Source: Octopus vulgaris (taxonomy: Eukaryota). From it: a stretch of 64,000 nt of DNA. The position numbers were made by a program, and so were the translations under genes. Position 1 is the first letter of the stretch, and each line of letters opens with the position of its first letter. Where the stretch lies: assembly GCA_951406725.2 (NCBI GenBank), contig OX597838.1, positions 27,776,001-27,840,000 on the forward strand. The letters run 5' to 3'. The notes beneath the pieces are model-generated. The model saw nothing but the letters and a program-made list of their open reading frames with translations. It did not search any database and was not told where the DNA came from. This document shows, in pieces, positions 27,901 through 41,700 of the stretch.

Positions 27901-29115
27901 CTTATTTCACTGTTTTGTCTGTCACAGAATGTGACAAGGCTGGCCCCTTTGAAATACAGGTACAACAACAGAAACAGGAAGAAAGAGTGAGAGAAAGTTG
28001 TGGTGAAAGGGTACAGCAGGGTTCGCCACCACCCCCTGCTGGAGCCTCGTGGAGCTTTAAGTGTTTTCGCTCAATAAACACTCACAATGCCAAGTCTGGG
28101 ATTCGAAACCGCAATCCTCCGACCGCAAGTCCACTGCCCTAACCACTGGGCCATTGTGCCTCCACATCCTGGGCTTGATACATTCAACTAAAATTTCTTC
28201 AAGGCAGTGCCCCCAGCATGACCATAACAAGTAAAAGATCATGAAGTTATCGATATATTTTTACCCATCTTGGAAATGTCTGAACCACTTGTACACTTGT
28301 ATGTGGTTCATACACTCCTCTCCATACACTTTCTAATGCCCTAAGCTCTGGGCCAATTGCGCCTCCACAAATACCAAATATATTAATATGACAAGTTAAA
28401 GAAGGGATCCACTTACTTATTTCACTGTTTTGTCTGTCGAAACTGACTTCTGATGGCATGGCGATATCATAGTGTGACGTGGATTGATTGACTTCTTTGG
28501 CATCAACGATTTCGTAAGCTTCTGAAGACTTCCTTTCGTCTAAATAGTCCGTCTGTGCTGGAGAGGTGATGTCATTATATATATTGCTGAGAGCATGCCT
28601 CTCATTCTCAGACAACGATGGGTCTTCCAATGGTGGGGGTGGAGGCAGCGTGGGACTTGGAGGTTGTGGTGGAGGCATGACAGGTGCTACAACTTTCTTA
28701 TTTGCTTGGCTTGTGGACGCTTTTTCTGGGCTTTCATCATCTTTTGCTATTGATGAAGATGATGTTGCAGCAGATATCTCACCCACTGCGTCTGCTGTGG
28801 TCAGCTCTGCTCCACCAACTGATGTGCTCTTTCGTGAATAGCGCTGAAGTCCATTACTCATTTCCATTGCATGTTTTGATTCTTCCTTCTTACTAAGTGC
28901 AGTCGAAACTGGAAATTCAGACGGACTGAAACCGAAGTTGTTGAACGCCAGCGAGACTTTTGTCTGTAAATCAAATTCTGCAGAATTGTCCTTATTGAAA
29001 CAAATATCGTAAATGGTCCCAACAAGCAACAGCAGAAAGTAAACTGAAAAAAAACCCCTGAAATTATATAGATATATATATATATATATATATTATACAT
29101 ATATTTTATATATAA

Positions 29116-29153
<38 letters not shown>

Positions 29154-31422
29154 GTGGTTGGCATTAGGAAGAGCATCCAGTCATACCATTCCAAAGCAAA
29201 CAATCAGGGTTTGGTATGGCTCCTGTCAAACCATCTAACCATGAAAAATGGACAGATGATGATGATGATGATGAGGAGGAGGAGGAGGAGGAGGAGAAGG
29301 AGGAGGAGAAGGAGGAGGAGAAGGAGGTGGTGGTGGTGGTGGTGGTGGTGGTGGAGGAGGAGGAGGAGGAGGAGGAGGAGGATATAAATAAAGGTAAATA
29401 TTGAAGAATGGAATTAGCAAATACGAGAGGATGTTGAAAAGTTCCTGGCCTTAAGGGCGTCGCGAAAAGCCTAGTTGGAAGCCCAACCTTCCGAGTTCTT
29501 TTACAGGGCTTAGAAAAACTGAAGGACCACTGCAATAAGGGTGTGAATCTGAGAGAGGAATATGTTGAGTAAAATCACAATTAACTGATCCTCCCGTATT
29601 TTCTTTTACCCAAAGCCAGGAACATTTCAGTACCCCCTCATAGACACCCCTAGTACTGTAAATCCTCGAGTCTAATCCGCATTTTTTCCCCAAAGTTTAA
29701 AGGTCAAAATCCCTAGTGTGTACTATATACGAGGTTAAAAATGAAACTTATTTTCTAAGCAATGTCCAAATCTCTATTTGCTGTCCAGCAATGTTTATTC
29801 AGACGCATTTTGTGATGTCAGACACGAAGATACCTTAAATCATCCATAACTTGCAGTTAGCAACATTTATTAAACATTTCTGCAAACAAAATGCACAAAA
29901 AAGCTACACATTTGCATTATGTTATATGTACGATAATAATAAAGGACATTACCGTATACAGTTTTACAAACCAAGGACGTTATATAGACCTCCTTGACTC
30001 AAGTTAGAGAAGGGGTGCGTATTTTACACAAGGTTTAGGTTTTTCAGAGGTACAGCCCCCTAAAGATCCCCTGCGTATTATACTCAAGGGTGGATTATAC
30101 TCGAGGATCTATGGTATGTGTGTGTATGTGTGCATGTACGTTTACATGCATGTGTTTGAGAGCATGTGTGCATATGTATATGTGTGCACACATGGGCATG
30201 TTTGTATATGGATTAACTTTGTCATAAGTGAAAATGTATTGGGGTGTATAGATGGTAGGGTGGTTGGGTGGAATATTGTAAAATCTTTGAATACTTACAA
30301 AGCTCCAATTGCCTCATTGTGTTTCAAGAGATTTGGTGGTTTCTTGCAGACAACACTTGTTAAATTCACCGAAGCAAATCTATTGAGTAAATCTGGGGTA
30401 AGAATAAAAAAAAAAAGGGGGAAACAATAAAAAAACAGAATCAAACTTCCGTTGCTATGGATACTGTTTCTTTAATACAAAATTTCCCACAATTGTTTAA
30501 TCCCAGATTGGCTCTGATCGATGTGAGCAGTTCTGATTGACCTCATCTGTCTGATCAATTGATCATTGATCTCATCTGTCTGATCAATGGCTTCAGCTCT
30601 GATTCATCTGCTCGGTTTTGATTGATCTGATTAGCTCTAATTGATCTGACCAGTACTGATCGAACTGGATCAGCTCTGATAGATCTGATAGATCTAATCA
30701 ATTCCAACTGATTGCATCAGCTTCAGTTCTGACCAAACTGATCAGTTGTGAATGATCAGATCAGTTCTGATCTATTTGATTAGATAACTGATCTGACCAA
30801 CTCTGATCGATCTGCTCAGTCCTGATTGATCTGATTAGCTCTAATTGATCTGACCAGTACTGACCAAACTGGATCAGCTCTGATCAAAGTGATCACTTCG
30901 AAGTTACCTGATCATCGCCAATTGCTCTGATCAACTCTGATCATGCAGAGCAGATCTGATCAGTCTTATCAGTCCTGATCAATCAAGGTATGTTATCGAT
31001 CACACTCCAGCAGTAATCATCCCATCTTCCCATCCCTCCCCTTTCAAATGGCGTCTGTACTGAAGTACATGGCGTTGCTCCTTCTTGCCCCAATTACTCA
31101 CCACTCTACATTACAGACTATGATATTGTGCTGCACTACACTGCAGAGACACAGGTGTGGTTGTGTGGTAAGAAGATTGCTTCTCAACCACATGGTTCCA
31201 AGTTCAGTCCCACCGCATGGCACCTTGGGCAAGTGTTTTCTACAAAAGCGTTGGACCAACCAAAGCCTTGTGAGTGGATTTGGTAGACAGAAACTGGAAG
31301 AAGCCCATCAGATATATATATATATATATATATATTATATTAAATTAGAGACAAAACCACTATTAGGCAAATCAAACAATGAAAGACTTAAGCCTGTAAG
31401 TTTGGATTTATTCCCTAATATT

Positions 31423-31458
<36 letters not shown>

Positions 31459-32002
31459 GTTGAGGCAAGTGAGAATCGAATCGAATCAAATCAAATCAAA
31501 TCGAACCAAATCAAAATAGATGAACATCAATGGAATTTGTATCCTTGTGGTACCAGTGCCGGTGGCACATAAGAAAACCATCCGAACGTGATCGTAGCCA
31601 GTACCGCAACGACTGGCCTCCGTGCTGAGGGCACGTAACAAACACCATCCGAGCGTGGCCGTCCGCCAGCCCCGTCTGGCACCTGTGTCGGTGACACATA
31701 AGAAAACACCATCCGAGCGTGGCCGTCAGCCAGCCTCGTCTGGCACCTGTGTCGGTGGCACATAAAAAACACCATCCGAGCGTGGCCGTCTGCCAGCCTC
31801 GTCTGGCACCTGTGTCGGTGGCACATAAAATCACCCACTACACTCTCGGAGTGGTTGGCGTTAGGAAGGGCATCCAGCTGTAGAAACACTGCCAGATCTG
31901 ACTGGCCTGGTGCAGCCTTCGGGCTTGCCAGACCCCAGTTGAACCGTCCAACCCATGCTAGCATGGAAAGCGGACGTTAAACGATGATGATGATGATGAT
32001 GA

Positions 32003-32053
<51 letters not shown>

Positions 32054-34403
32054 CATATGTGTGTGTGTGGAGGTGCGTGGCTTAGTGGTTAGGGTGTCGG
32101 CATCATGATCGTAAGACTGTGGTTTCAATTCCTGGACCGGGCAATGCGTTGTGTTCTTAAGCAAAATACTTCATCTCACGTTGCTCCAATCCACTCAGCT
32201 GACAAAAATGAGTAACGCTGCAATGGACTGGCGTCCCGTCCAGCTGGGGAAAACATATGCCATTGAAACTGGGAAACAGGGCCCATGAGCCTGGCTAGGC
32301 TTTAAAAGGGCACATTTATTTTATATCTACATATATATATGTATGTATGTATATATTTGTGTATGAGTGTGTGTCTGTGTTTGTCCCCACCACCACCACC
32401 ACCATCGCTTGACAACCAATGCTGGTGTGTTTATGTCCCTGTAACTTGGCGTTTCAGCAAAAAAAAAACCAATAGAATAATTACTAGGCTTACAAAGAAT
32501 AAGACTTGGGGGTTGATTTCTCCGACTAACACCCCTTAGGGAAGTGCTCCAGCATGACCACAGTCAAATGAATGAAACAAGTAAAAGAATAAAGAGAATA
32601 ACTAACCCCCTATTTTCCGATTTCCTCTGCAAAATAGGGATAGCTGCAGCCTTTTGAAGAAATGAACCTCATCAGGTGGAATGGCTGCTGCAGCTAAGTT
32701 CCACTGGCCATTCTCTGCAGCAACACCATTGCAATCAATACCATGGGGCACGACTGAACACACCACTAGTTCTAAGGTATGTGGCCCATCTCCCCCTGCA
32801 CCTCTTCTGCTGCTTTACCCGTCAAATTTTTTCTTTTCTTGTTTTCCTTTCTTATTTCTCGTTTTTTCTCATTTCTTAATATTTATATGTTACTATTTTA
32901 AAAGCTGCACAGAGTGTGGACTTTTAAAGCTAGCTCCTGCAAAGGGCTAAATGGGCCTGCAAACCATCACCACCACCACCACCACCACTACAACCAACAG
33001 CAAAAGCATAATTTTTTTACTCACTAAACGCAGGTGTAAAGAGTGTCTTCAGTTCAGGTGCCGAGCATCGTTGTGTGGTACAAATATCCCAAATCACTGA
33101 CATACCATTTAATTGTGGACCGAAAATGGGTAACAGCGCTACCTGGTGGATAAACAAAACAGAAGCATTTTTAGTTTTAGTTTTAGTAGCACAATAAGTA
33201 ATTTTTAGTGACATTTGTATCAACACATCAACCTGGAGATGTTTGCCATCCCCCAAGCCACCACTAAACCACACATCTTTTAGACATTCTCAGAGCTGCA
33301 TCTAAGAAAACAGTCACCTATGTTTACATCCAGAATTGAATTCTTAATATGGTTTCTTCTTTCAATAGCTTTTTCTCTTGAACTGTTGCTCTCTGAAACT
33401 CACTGCTATCATTTTGTTTTCCTCTGGACTCTCAGACATCTTCTAGACATTCTCAGAACTGGATCTAAGAAAATAGTCACCTATGTTTTCATCCAGAATT
33501 GAATTCTTAATATGGTGGATCCCCAAGGCAGCCAACTGGCAGAAACGTTAGCACGCCGGACAAAATGCTTAGCGGTATTTCATCTGCTGTTACGTTCTGA
33601 GTTAAAATCCCACCGAAGTCAACTTTTCTTTTCATCCTTTCGGGGTCGAAAAATTAAGTACCAGTTATGCACTGGGGTCGATGTAATTGACTTAATCCCT
33701 TTGCTTGTCCTTGTTTGTCCCCTCTGTGTTTAGCCCCTTGTGGGCAATAAAGAAATAAGAAACATTAGCATGCCGGGTGAAATGCTTAGCAGTATTTTGT
33801 CTGATTTTACATTTTGAGTTCAAATTCTGCGGAAGTCGACTTTGCCTTTCATCTTTCCAGGGTTGATAAATTAAATACCAGTTGTGTACTGGGGTCAATC
33901 TAATCGACTGGTCCTCCTTCCCCAAAATTTCAGGCCTTGCGCCTAGAGTAGAAAAGAATATGGTGGTTCTTCTTTCTATGAGGTTGGAGTCTTTGGCTCA
34001 TCATCAAACTCTATCTTCATTTTGTGTCTTCTATAAGTATTTCCATGGTCGTTGCTCTGATGAATTCCGCTGAGTTCCAGAGAGCAGCAGTTCAATGAAA
34101 AACAGCTATTGGTATAAAAGGACTTACGACTAAGAGGTAACAGAATCAAGGGACGATGTGGCTGGGAAGAGAAGCAGGTGACACATCTTAAAGTTTTGAC
34201 GGAAGGTGGTAGACCGGGAAGTTTATCAGAGTAATGACCAAGGAAATACTTATAAAAAAAGACACAATGGAAATGGATTTTGATGATGAGTCAAAGATTC
34301 CAATCTCCTAGAAAGAAGAGGATCCACCATCAACTCGATTCTGGATGAAAACATAGGTGACTGTTTTCTTAGATCTAGTTCTGAGAGTGTCTAAAAGACT
34401 GCA

Positions 34404-34485
<82 letters not shown>

Positions 34486-34626
34486 GTGCAGGAGTGGCTG
34501 TGTGGTAAGAAGCTTGCTTCTCAACCACATAGTTTCAGGTTTGATCCCACTGTGTAGGACCTTGGGCAAGTGTCTTCTACTTGGCCTTGTGAGTGGATTT
34601 GGTAGGTGGAGACTGAAACAAGCCTG

Positions 34627-34685
<59 letters not shown>

Positions 34686-36563
34686 TATATTGGGTTGGCA
34701 ACTAAGTTCATGCCTTTTTTTTTAATTTTGGAATTTATTGCATTTTTAAATTTTGGAATCTTTTTTTTTTTTGAGAATTCTATTTTTGAATCATTTTGAA
34801 ATCTATTTTGTTGTTTTTTTCTAGTTAATTTTAGTTCATTTTTGTTTATTTTCAGATCATTAAAACGGAATGTCAAGTTAAGAAAAACGAGCATTTTCAA
34901 CACCTCCTTCTTTTTGCTTTTAATCAAGGTTCTAAAGCTGCAGAAGCTACTCGTGATGCACATATTTTCAACCACTAAGGGACATGCTCAAGTGCTTAAG
35001 GTCAAGCAAGTGACAAGTAAATTTGTGATAGGGAGCAGAATATTTGCTATAATGATATTTCTGCTTCAGCAACTCAGTGCTGACTGTCTGAAATGTAATG
35101 GAAAATAGGTCAATTTGAAAACATTGATGCCCAGGGGACAAAAGCAAAACTTGAAGGGAACATTCGTGATTTCCTTTGATTTCTATAGAGAAGCAAATAG
35201 GAAAATAACACTTACTAACCAAAGACAAAAATAATTTTAAAAATTGTTTCACAGTATCATTAATTGACCCAGATACAAGCCTCTCTCTTCAAAGTACTTG
35301 GGTATAATTCAAGGGATGTTTTCCAGGTCAAATGATGATGTAGAATTTTCTCTTTATTTATCTCCAAATGTTTTATGAAATAAAAAGGGAAACTTACCGG
35401 AATTTTTTTTATAAATCCTTCCTTGGGGAAATCTATTTTTACAGAACAGTATTGTCCATGAATCAATGGATTGTGTTCACTTAAATTTCCTGGACCAAAT
35501 GGACTCTTAATCTTTAGACAACTTTCATAATCACCAGCCCAGTGAACAGCACCTTGTAGGATACCAGCTGGAGGTTTTCCACTTGCGTCAAGTACTAAAT
35601 GGAAAAGAAGCAGAAAACATGACAACCACTTGTTATTATTAATATTATTATTAAGGCGGTGAGCTGGCAGAAACGCTAGCACGCCATGCGAAATGCTTAG
35701 CAGTATTTCGTCTGCCGCTACGTTCTGAGTTCAAATTCCACCAAGGTCAACTTTTCCTTTCATCTTTTCGGGGTCGATAAATTAAGAACCAGTTATGCAC
35801 TGGGGTTGTTGTAATCGACTTAATCCCTTTGTCTGTCCTTGCTTGTCCCCTCTATGTTTAGCCCCTTGTGGACAATAAAGAAATAAGAAATGTTAGCACG
35901 CTGGATGAAATGCTTGGCGGTATTTCGTCTGTCTTTACATTCCACCGAGGTCGACTTTGCCTTTCATCCTTTCGGGGTCAATAAATTAAGTACCAGTTGT
36001 GTACTGGGGTTGATCTAACTGACTGGCCCCCTCCCCAAAAATTTCAGGCCTTGTACCTAGAGTAGAAAAGGTTATTATTATTATTATTATTATTATTTAA
36101 AATATTATTATTAAAATGCTTAGCAGCATTTTGTCCATCTTTAAATTCCGAGTTCAGATTCCGCTGAAGCTGACTTTACCTTTCATCCTTTTGGGGTCGA
36201 TAAATCAAGTGCCAGTGAAACACTAGGGTTAATGTAATCAACTAGACCCCCTTCCTCAAATTTCAAGTCTTGTGGCTTTAGTAAAAAGGATTATTATTAT
36301 TATCATTATTATTAATATTCTCTACTCCCCTTTTGACCAGGCTCCCGTGGCTTTTATGGGTTTTTCCACGTGAGACCTTTTCTATTTTTGAAGCGTCTCC
36401 TCTATTGGGAGTTTTTCGTTGTCAAAATTTTTGATTGTTAAACTGCTTTTTACTCTTTTTTTTTTTCACAAACGGACAAAACCTTTTGTAACCTTTCATC
36501 CTGTTTTGTCCCTTTATGTTTTCCAATCATATTTGTCATCCCTTGTGGCCAATAAAAGAATTA

Positions 36564-36595
<32 letters not shown>

Positions 36596-37481
36596 AGTGG
36601 CAAGTCTGCTAAAGTTGATTTTACCTTTCATGCTTTCAGGATTGATAAATTAAATACCAGTGAAATTCTGGGGTCGATGTAATCAACTAGTCCCCTCCCC
36701 ACAAGTTTCAGGCCTTGTGCCTTTAGTAGAAAGGATTATTAAGATGGTAAGCTAGCAGAATCATTAGCACACTGAGCAAGATACTTAGTGGCATTTTGTC
36801 TGTCTATACATTCTGAGTTCAAATTCTGCCAAGATAGACTTTACCTTTTGTCCTTTCGGGTTTGATAAAATAAGTATTAGTTAAATACTGGAATCAATAA
36901 AAGCCACTTGACCCCCTCTCCTGAACCTCCTGGTTTTGTACCAAAATTATTATTATTGATCACCTTGATCACCTTGACGGACCAGTCTGTCGGGCGTCCA
37001 TTTGACACCGCTGGTCACAGCACACTGTCCACTCCTCTCTGGATCGCGCCTTCCTCATCCACATGATCCCAATCGCCCTCCTGAATTCGTAACTCCACCG
37101 TCGTGGAGGCCTTCCAAGTGGTCATTTCCACTTGCGCAGGTACCACTTGACAACTGCACAGGTCCACCAATTATCGGTGAGCCAGGTGACATGTCCAGCC
37201 CATCTATACTTGCTGCGTGTTTTTATAGAATTTTCTACAGCCACCTTCACATTCCACGACTACCATTGGGATTGATCCAGTAGCAGTCAAAGATTCTGGA
37301 TTATTTTTCTGGATTTTTTTACTTAATTTTTGAGAGTGGTCGGGGTGAATTTTAGCATTCTCATTTGTGAGAGTAGTCAAGTTTATTTCAGATATTCTCA
37401 TTTTAAAAATCGTCTCTGGCTAATCATTGAGAGGACGTCACTGTTGCCTTGGAAGAGGTTTGTGCTCTCTGCGTGCTCTTG

Positions 37482-37518
<37 letters not shown>

Positions 37519-38333
37519 TACTATTGTTATTACTATTATTATTATTATTATATTAGTAAGCTTAATGGTTCAGTGTTGTGGACATGGTCATGAGATGGTG
37601 GTTTCAAATCCAAGATTGGGTGGTGTTCTTGAGCAAAACACTTCATCGCTCATTACTCTGCGATCACTTTGACACCTGACGCATGGTACACCTGATGCAT
37701 GGTACACCTGACGCATGGTACACCGTGCACTGATTTGATGGATAGAGTGAGTTAATGCACAGCGCATATATTGAATCACTAAAAGCAAATCCTTTGAGCG
37801 GGTCATTCAGAAAAAGCTGAATGTTCATGCATCATCGATAGCAGAGTCCATCATATATGTGTGTATGTGTGTGTGTGTGTGTGTATTGAGAACATAAGAA
37901 TAATGATGATGATGATGATGATATATATATATATATATATAAGGAGTGGCTGTGTGGTAAGTAGCTTGCTTACCAACAACACAGTTCCGGGTTCAGTCCC
38001 ACTGCGTGGCACCTTGGGCAAGTGTCTTCTACTATAGCCTTGGGCCGACCAAAGCCTTGTGAGTGGATTTGGTAGACGGAAACTGAAAGAAGCCTGTCGT
38101 ATATATGTGTGTGTGTGTGTGTGTGTTTGTGTGCCTGTGTTTGTCCCCCCAACATCATTTGACAACTGATGCTGGTGTATTTGCGTCCCTGTAACTTAGC
38201 GCTACGGCAAAAAAAGGCCGATAGAGTAAGTACTAGGCTTACAAAGAATAAGTCCTGGGGTCGATTTGCTCGACTAAAGACGGTGCTCCAGCATGGCCAC
38301 AGTCAAATGACTGAAATAAGTAAAAGAGTAAAA

Positions 38334-38379
<46 letters not shown>

Positions 38380-38699
38380 ATATAATATAATATAATATAA
38401 AGTAGAGATAAAACCACTATTATGCAACTCAGTGATAGACATAAACCGAAACATAAATAACAAATAATATATATTTTTATAAAACATATACCTAGATCTC
38501 AAAAAGTATACTTTATATGTTTTATAAAAATATATATTATTTGTTATTTATGTATTGGTTTATGTCTATCACTGTTTGAATTGCATAATAGTGGTTTTAT
38601 CTCTAATTTATATTTTATATATTTATATTGTGAAATTTGATTTAATACTAAATTGAATTTTTCCCTGTAAGTTTGGTGTTGTATTCCCTAATATTATTC

Positions 38700-38745
<46 letters not shown>

Positions 38746-38755
38746 TATTATTATG

Positions 38756-38799
<44 letters not shown>

Positions 38800-41700
38800 A
38801 TAAATATTTTATATGTGTGTGTTTGTATATTATATTATCCCTAAAACAATAATCATTGTGCCACATCCAAAGCACCTAGTACACTCTGTAAAATGGCTGG
38901 TATTAGGAAGAGCATCCAGCAACAGAAACCATGCCAAAACAGACGACTGGAGCTTAGTGCAGCCTGTAAAATATGGATTGTATAGTTTTTGGGGAAAATC
39001 CTATTTCCATGACAAAAGAATTTTGAAAACTTCTCTCATAAACTACAGATACTTTTGTAGACTGCACCTATAGTTGTATCCAGCTATCTTTTATACATAG
39101 ACAACCTCAAGGGGTATGTTAAATGCAATCAATGTACACAAATCAGTGCTCAGTTATATAGTGAAAACAAATAATAAAAATAATACCACTGAAACATACT
39201 AATAGTAATGGTTTCTAATATAAGTCAAAAGCAATATGTTCTGGAAAGAGAAGTGTCGTGTATTTAGATAATATTGATGCATGCTTACATTTTTTCTGCC
39301 AACCTACTGATGTGGTTAGTATGTTGGATAGAACCATGTGTGTGTCATTCATACAACCTTTGGTGACATTCCTTTCAATTCCTTTATATGCATTTAAAAA
39401 CTGTAAAAGAGAAAGAAATTAAAAACAAAATCAATTTTCAATTTTGTTGTTTAACACCAGGTCAACCATTGATCTGATAGACCTATGATCATAGGCATTC
39501 CAGCAGCAATGCCTATATATATATGTATGTGTATGTATGTGTATATATATATATGTATATGTTTGTGTGTCTGTTTTTTCCCACCATTGCTTGACAACTG
39601 ATGCTGATGTGTTTACATCCCAGTAACTTAGCGGTTCAGCAAAAGAGAACAATAGAAAAAGTACCAGGCTTACAAAGAATAAGTTCTGGAATCGATTTGT
39701 TCAACTAAAGGCAGTGCTCCAGCATGGCCACAATCAAATGACTGAAACAAGTAAGAAAGTAAAAGTGTATATACATGCACACACATACATGCATGCATGT
39801 ATGCATACATGCACACCTACACATGCACACTTACATAAACATGCAAATACACACTTACATACATACATACATGCCTGCATGCATACATACATACATACAT
39901 GCCTACAGGTATACATACATATATGCATGCATGCATAAATAGATGCATACATGCAAACACGCCTACACACATACACATATACATACATACATACTTACAT
40001 ACATACATACATGCATGCATACATACATACATACACACACACATACATACATACATACATACATACATACATACATACATACATACATACATACATACAT
40101 ACATACATGTCTCTAGGACACTGTATAATGAAATCTGTCAGAAGGATAATCTTAAGGACAAAGAAATAAGAACCCACAATGTGGTAGAATAAAAAGGAAT
40201 ACTGGTGGAATGTCCCAGTGAAGACCTCAATAAAATGTAAGCACAACAGACCTGATTTAATGATTTGGGATAGAGAAGAGAAACTGTGCACAATTGTGGA
40301 AATTAGTTGACCAGCAGATGTTAACATAAAGCTGAAGATCAGTGAAAAAGAGAACACCTATGCTGAACTATTGAGAAATCTGAAGTTACTCTATCCAGAT
40401 TACAGATTCAGGTTTATACTTGTAATTATTGGGGCCCTGGGATGTGTAACACACTGTCTAAATACCAGTCTTGAGAAATTAGGCTTCTCAAAACCAGAAA
40501 GGAGAAGGTTAATTCAAAGACTACAGATCCAGTCTATCACTGGAACTGTAAAAATCTGTAAAACTTTCCAGAAGTTTATCATTTGAATATATATGAGCAT
40601 GTCTAGACATGCAACTATATGCATGAGAAGACATACATATAACATACAAATCTGCACATACATACATACATACATACATACATACATACATACATACATA
40701 CAAACAAACAAAAATACCCTGTTGTTGATGTTGAAATTCCAATGAAAGAGTCTTGGATCTAGGGAAGAAACTGGTTCTTTCTCTATTGGCAAGAAATCTT
40801 GAAATAGAACTGAACAATGACATACATACGTATACAGGGTGTCCCAAAAGTCACTGATGGGGTTTCAATTTTTAATAACTTCCTTAAATTTACAAATAAA
40901 TGCATTAACTTTTGATACAATATAAAGGACATAATGGAAATTAATATGCACAAGTCAAATTTTGAAACACCACTAAATCACTTAAATGGCAACCATTTTC
41001 GACTTCACACACCCTTGCTCTTTTCAAAAATTGCACCATAACACCCTCAAAAGTTTCAGACCTTTCTTCTCTGATTTCTCTATTGATGTTCTCCTTCAGT
41101 TGCACCAGGGTCTCTGGTTTGTTGACACAAACCCTCTCCTTCAGATATCCCCAGAAGAAAAAAATCCAGGCTAGTCAAGTGTGAGGAAAAGGAAGGCCAG
41201 TTGACATTGCCGTAGTGGGAGATTATTCTCTCTCCAAAGCACTGCTGTAGCAACTGCATTGTTTCTCTTGTGGTATGAGCAGTTGCCCCATCTTGCTGGA
41301 ACCATGAGTGAGGTCCACTTTGAGTGGCCTTCATGTTCCCCAGACTTGGCTAGTCTGGATTTTTTTCTTGGTTGGGGATACTTGAAAGAGAGGGTTTACA
41401 CCAACAAACTAGAGACCCTGGTGGAACTGAAAGAGAACATCAATAGAGAAATCAGAAAAGTGGGGTCTGAAACTCTTGAGGGTGTTATGGTGCAAGTTTT
41501 GGAAAAAGCACGGGTGTGCAAAACCGAAAATGGCTGCCATTTAAGCAATGTCATTTTTCATATATGATATAGTGGAGTTGCAAAATTTCATGTGTGCATA
41601 TTAATTTCCATTATGTCCTTTATATTGTATCAAAATTTCAAGCATTAATTTGTAAAGTTAAGCAAATGATTAAAAATTGAGACTTATCAGTGACTTTTGG

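Noticed and set aside
28247-29029. Stand-alone 260-aa gene
   Set aside because: It starts at a non-ATG codon and fits by splice sites and phase as internal exon 6 of the NRF-6-like gene.
29154-29535. Poly-E/poly-R/poly-P ORFs (also near 12000-12330)
   Set aside because: These are trinucleotide repeat tails of SINEs.
32069-32150. tRNA genes (also near 37942, 47435 and 50128)
   Set aside because: These are A/B-box-like heads that continue into SINE bodies, with no complete cloverleaf.
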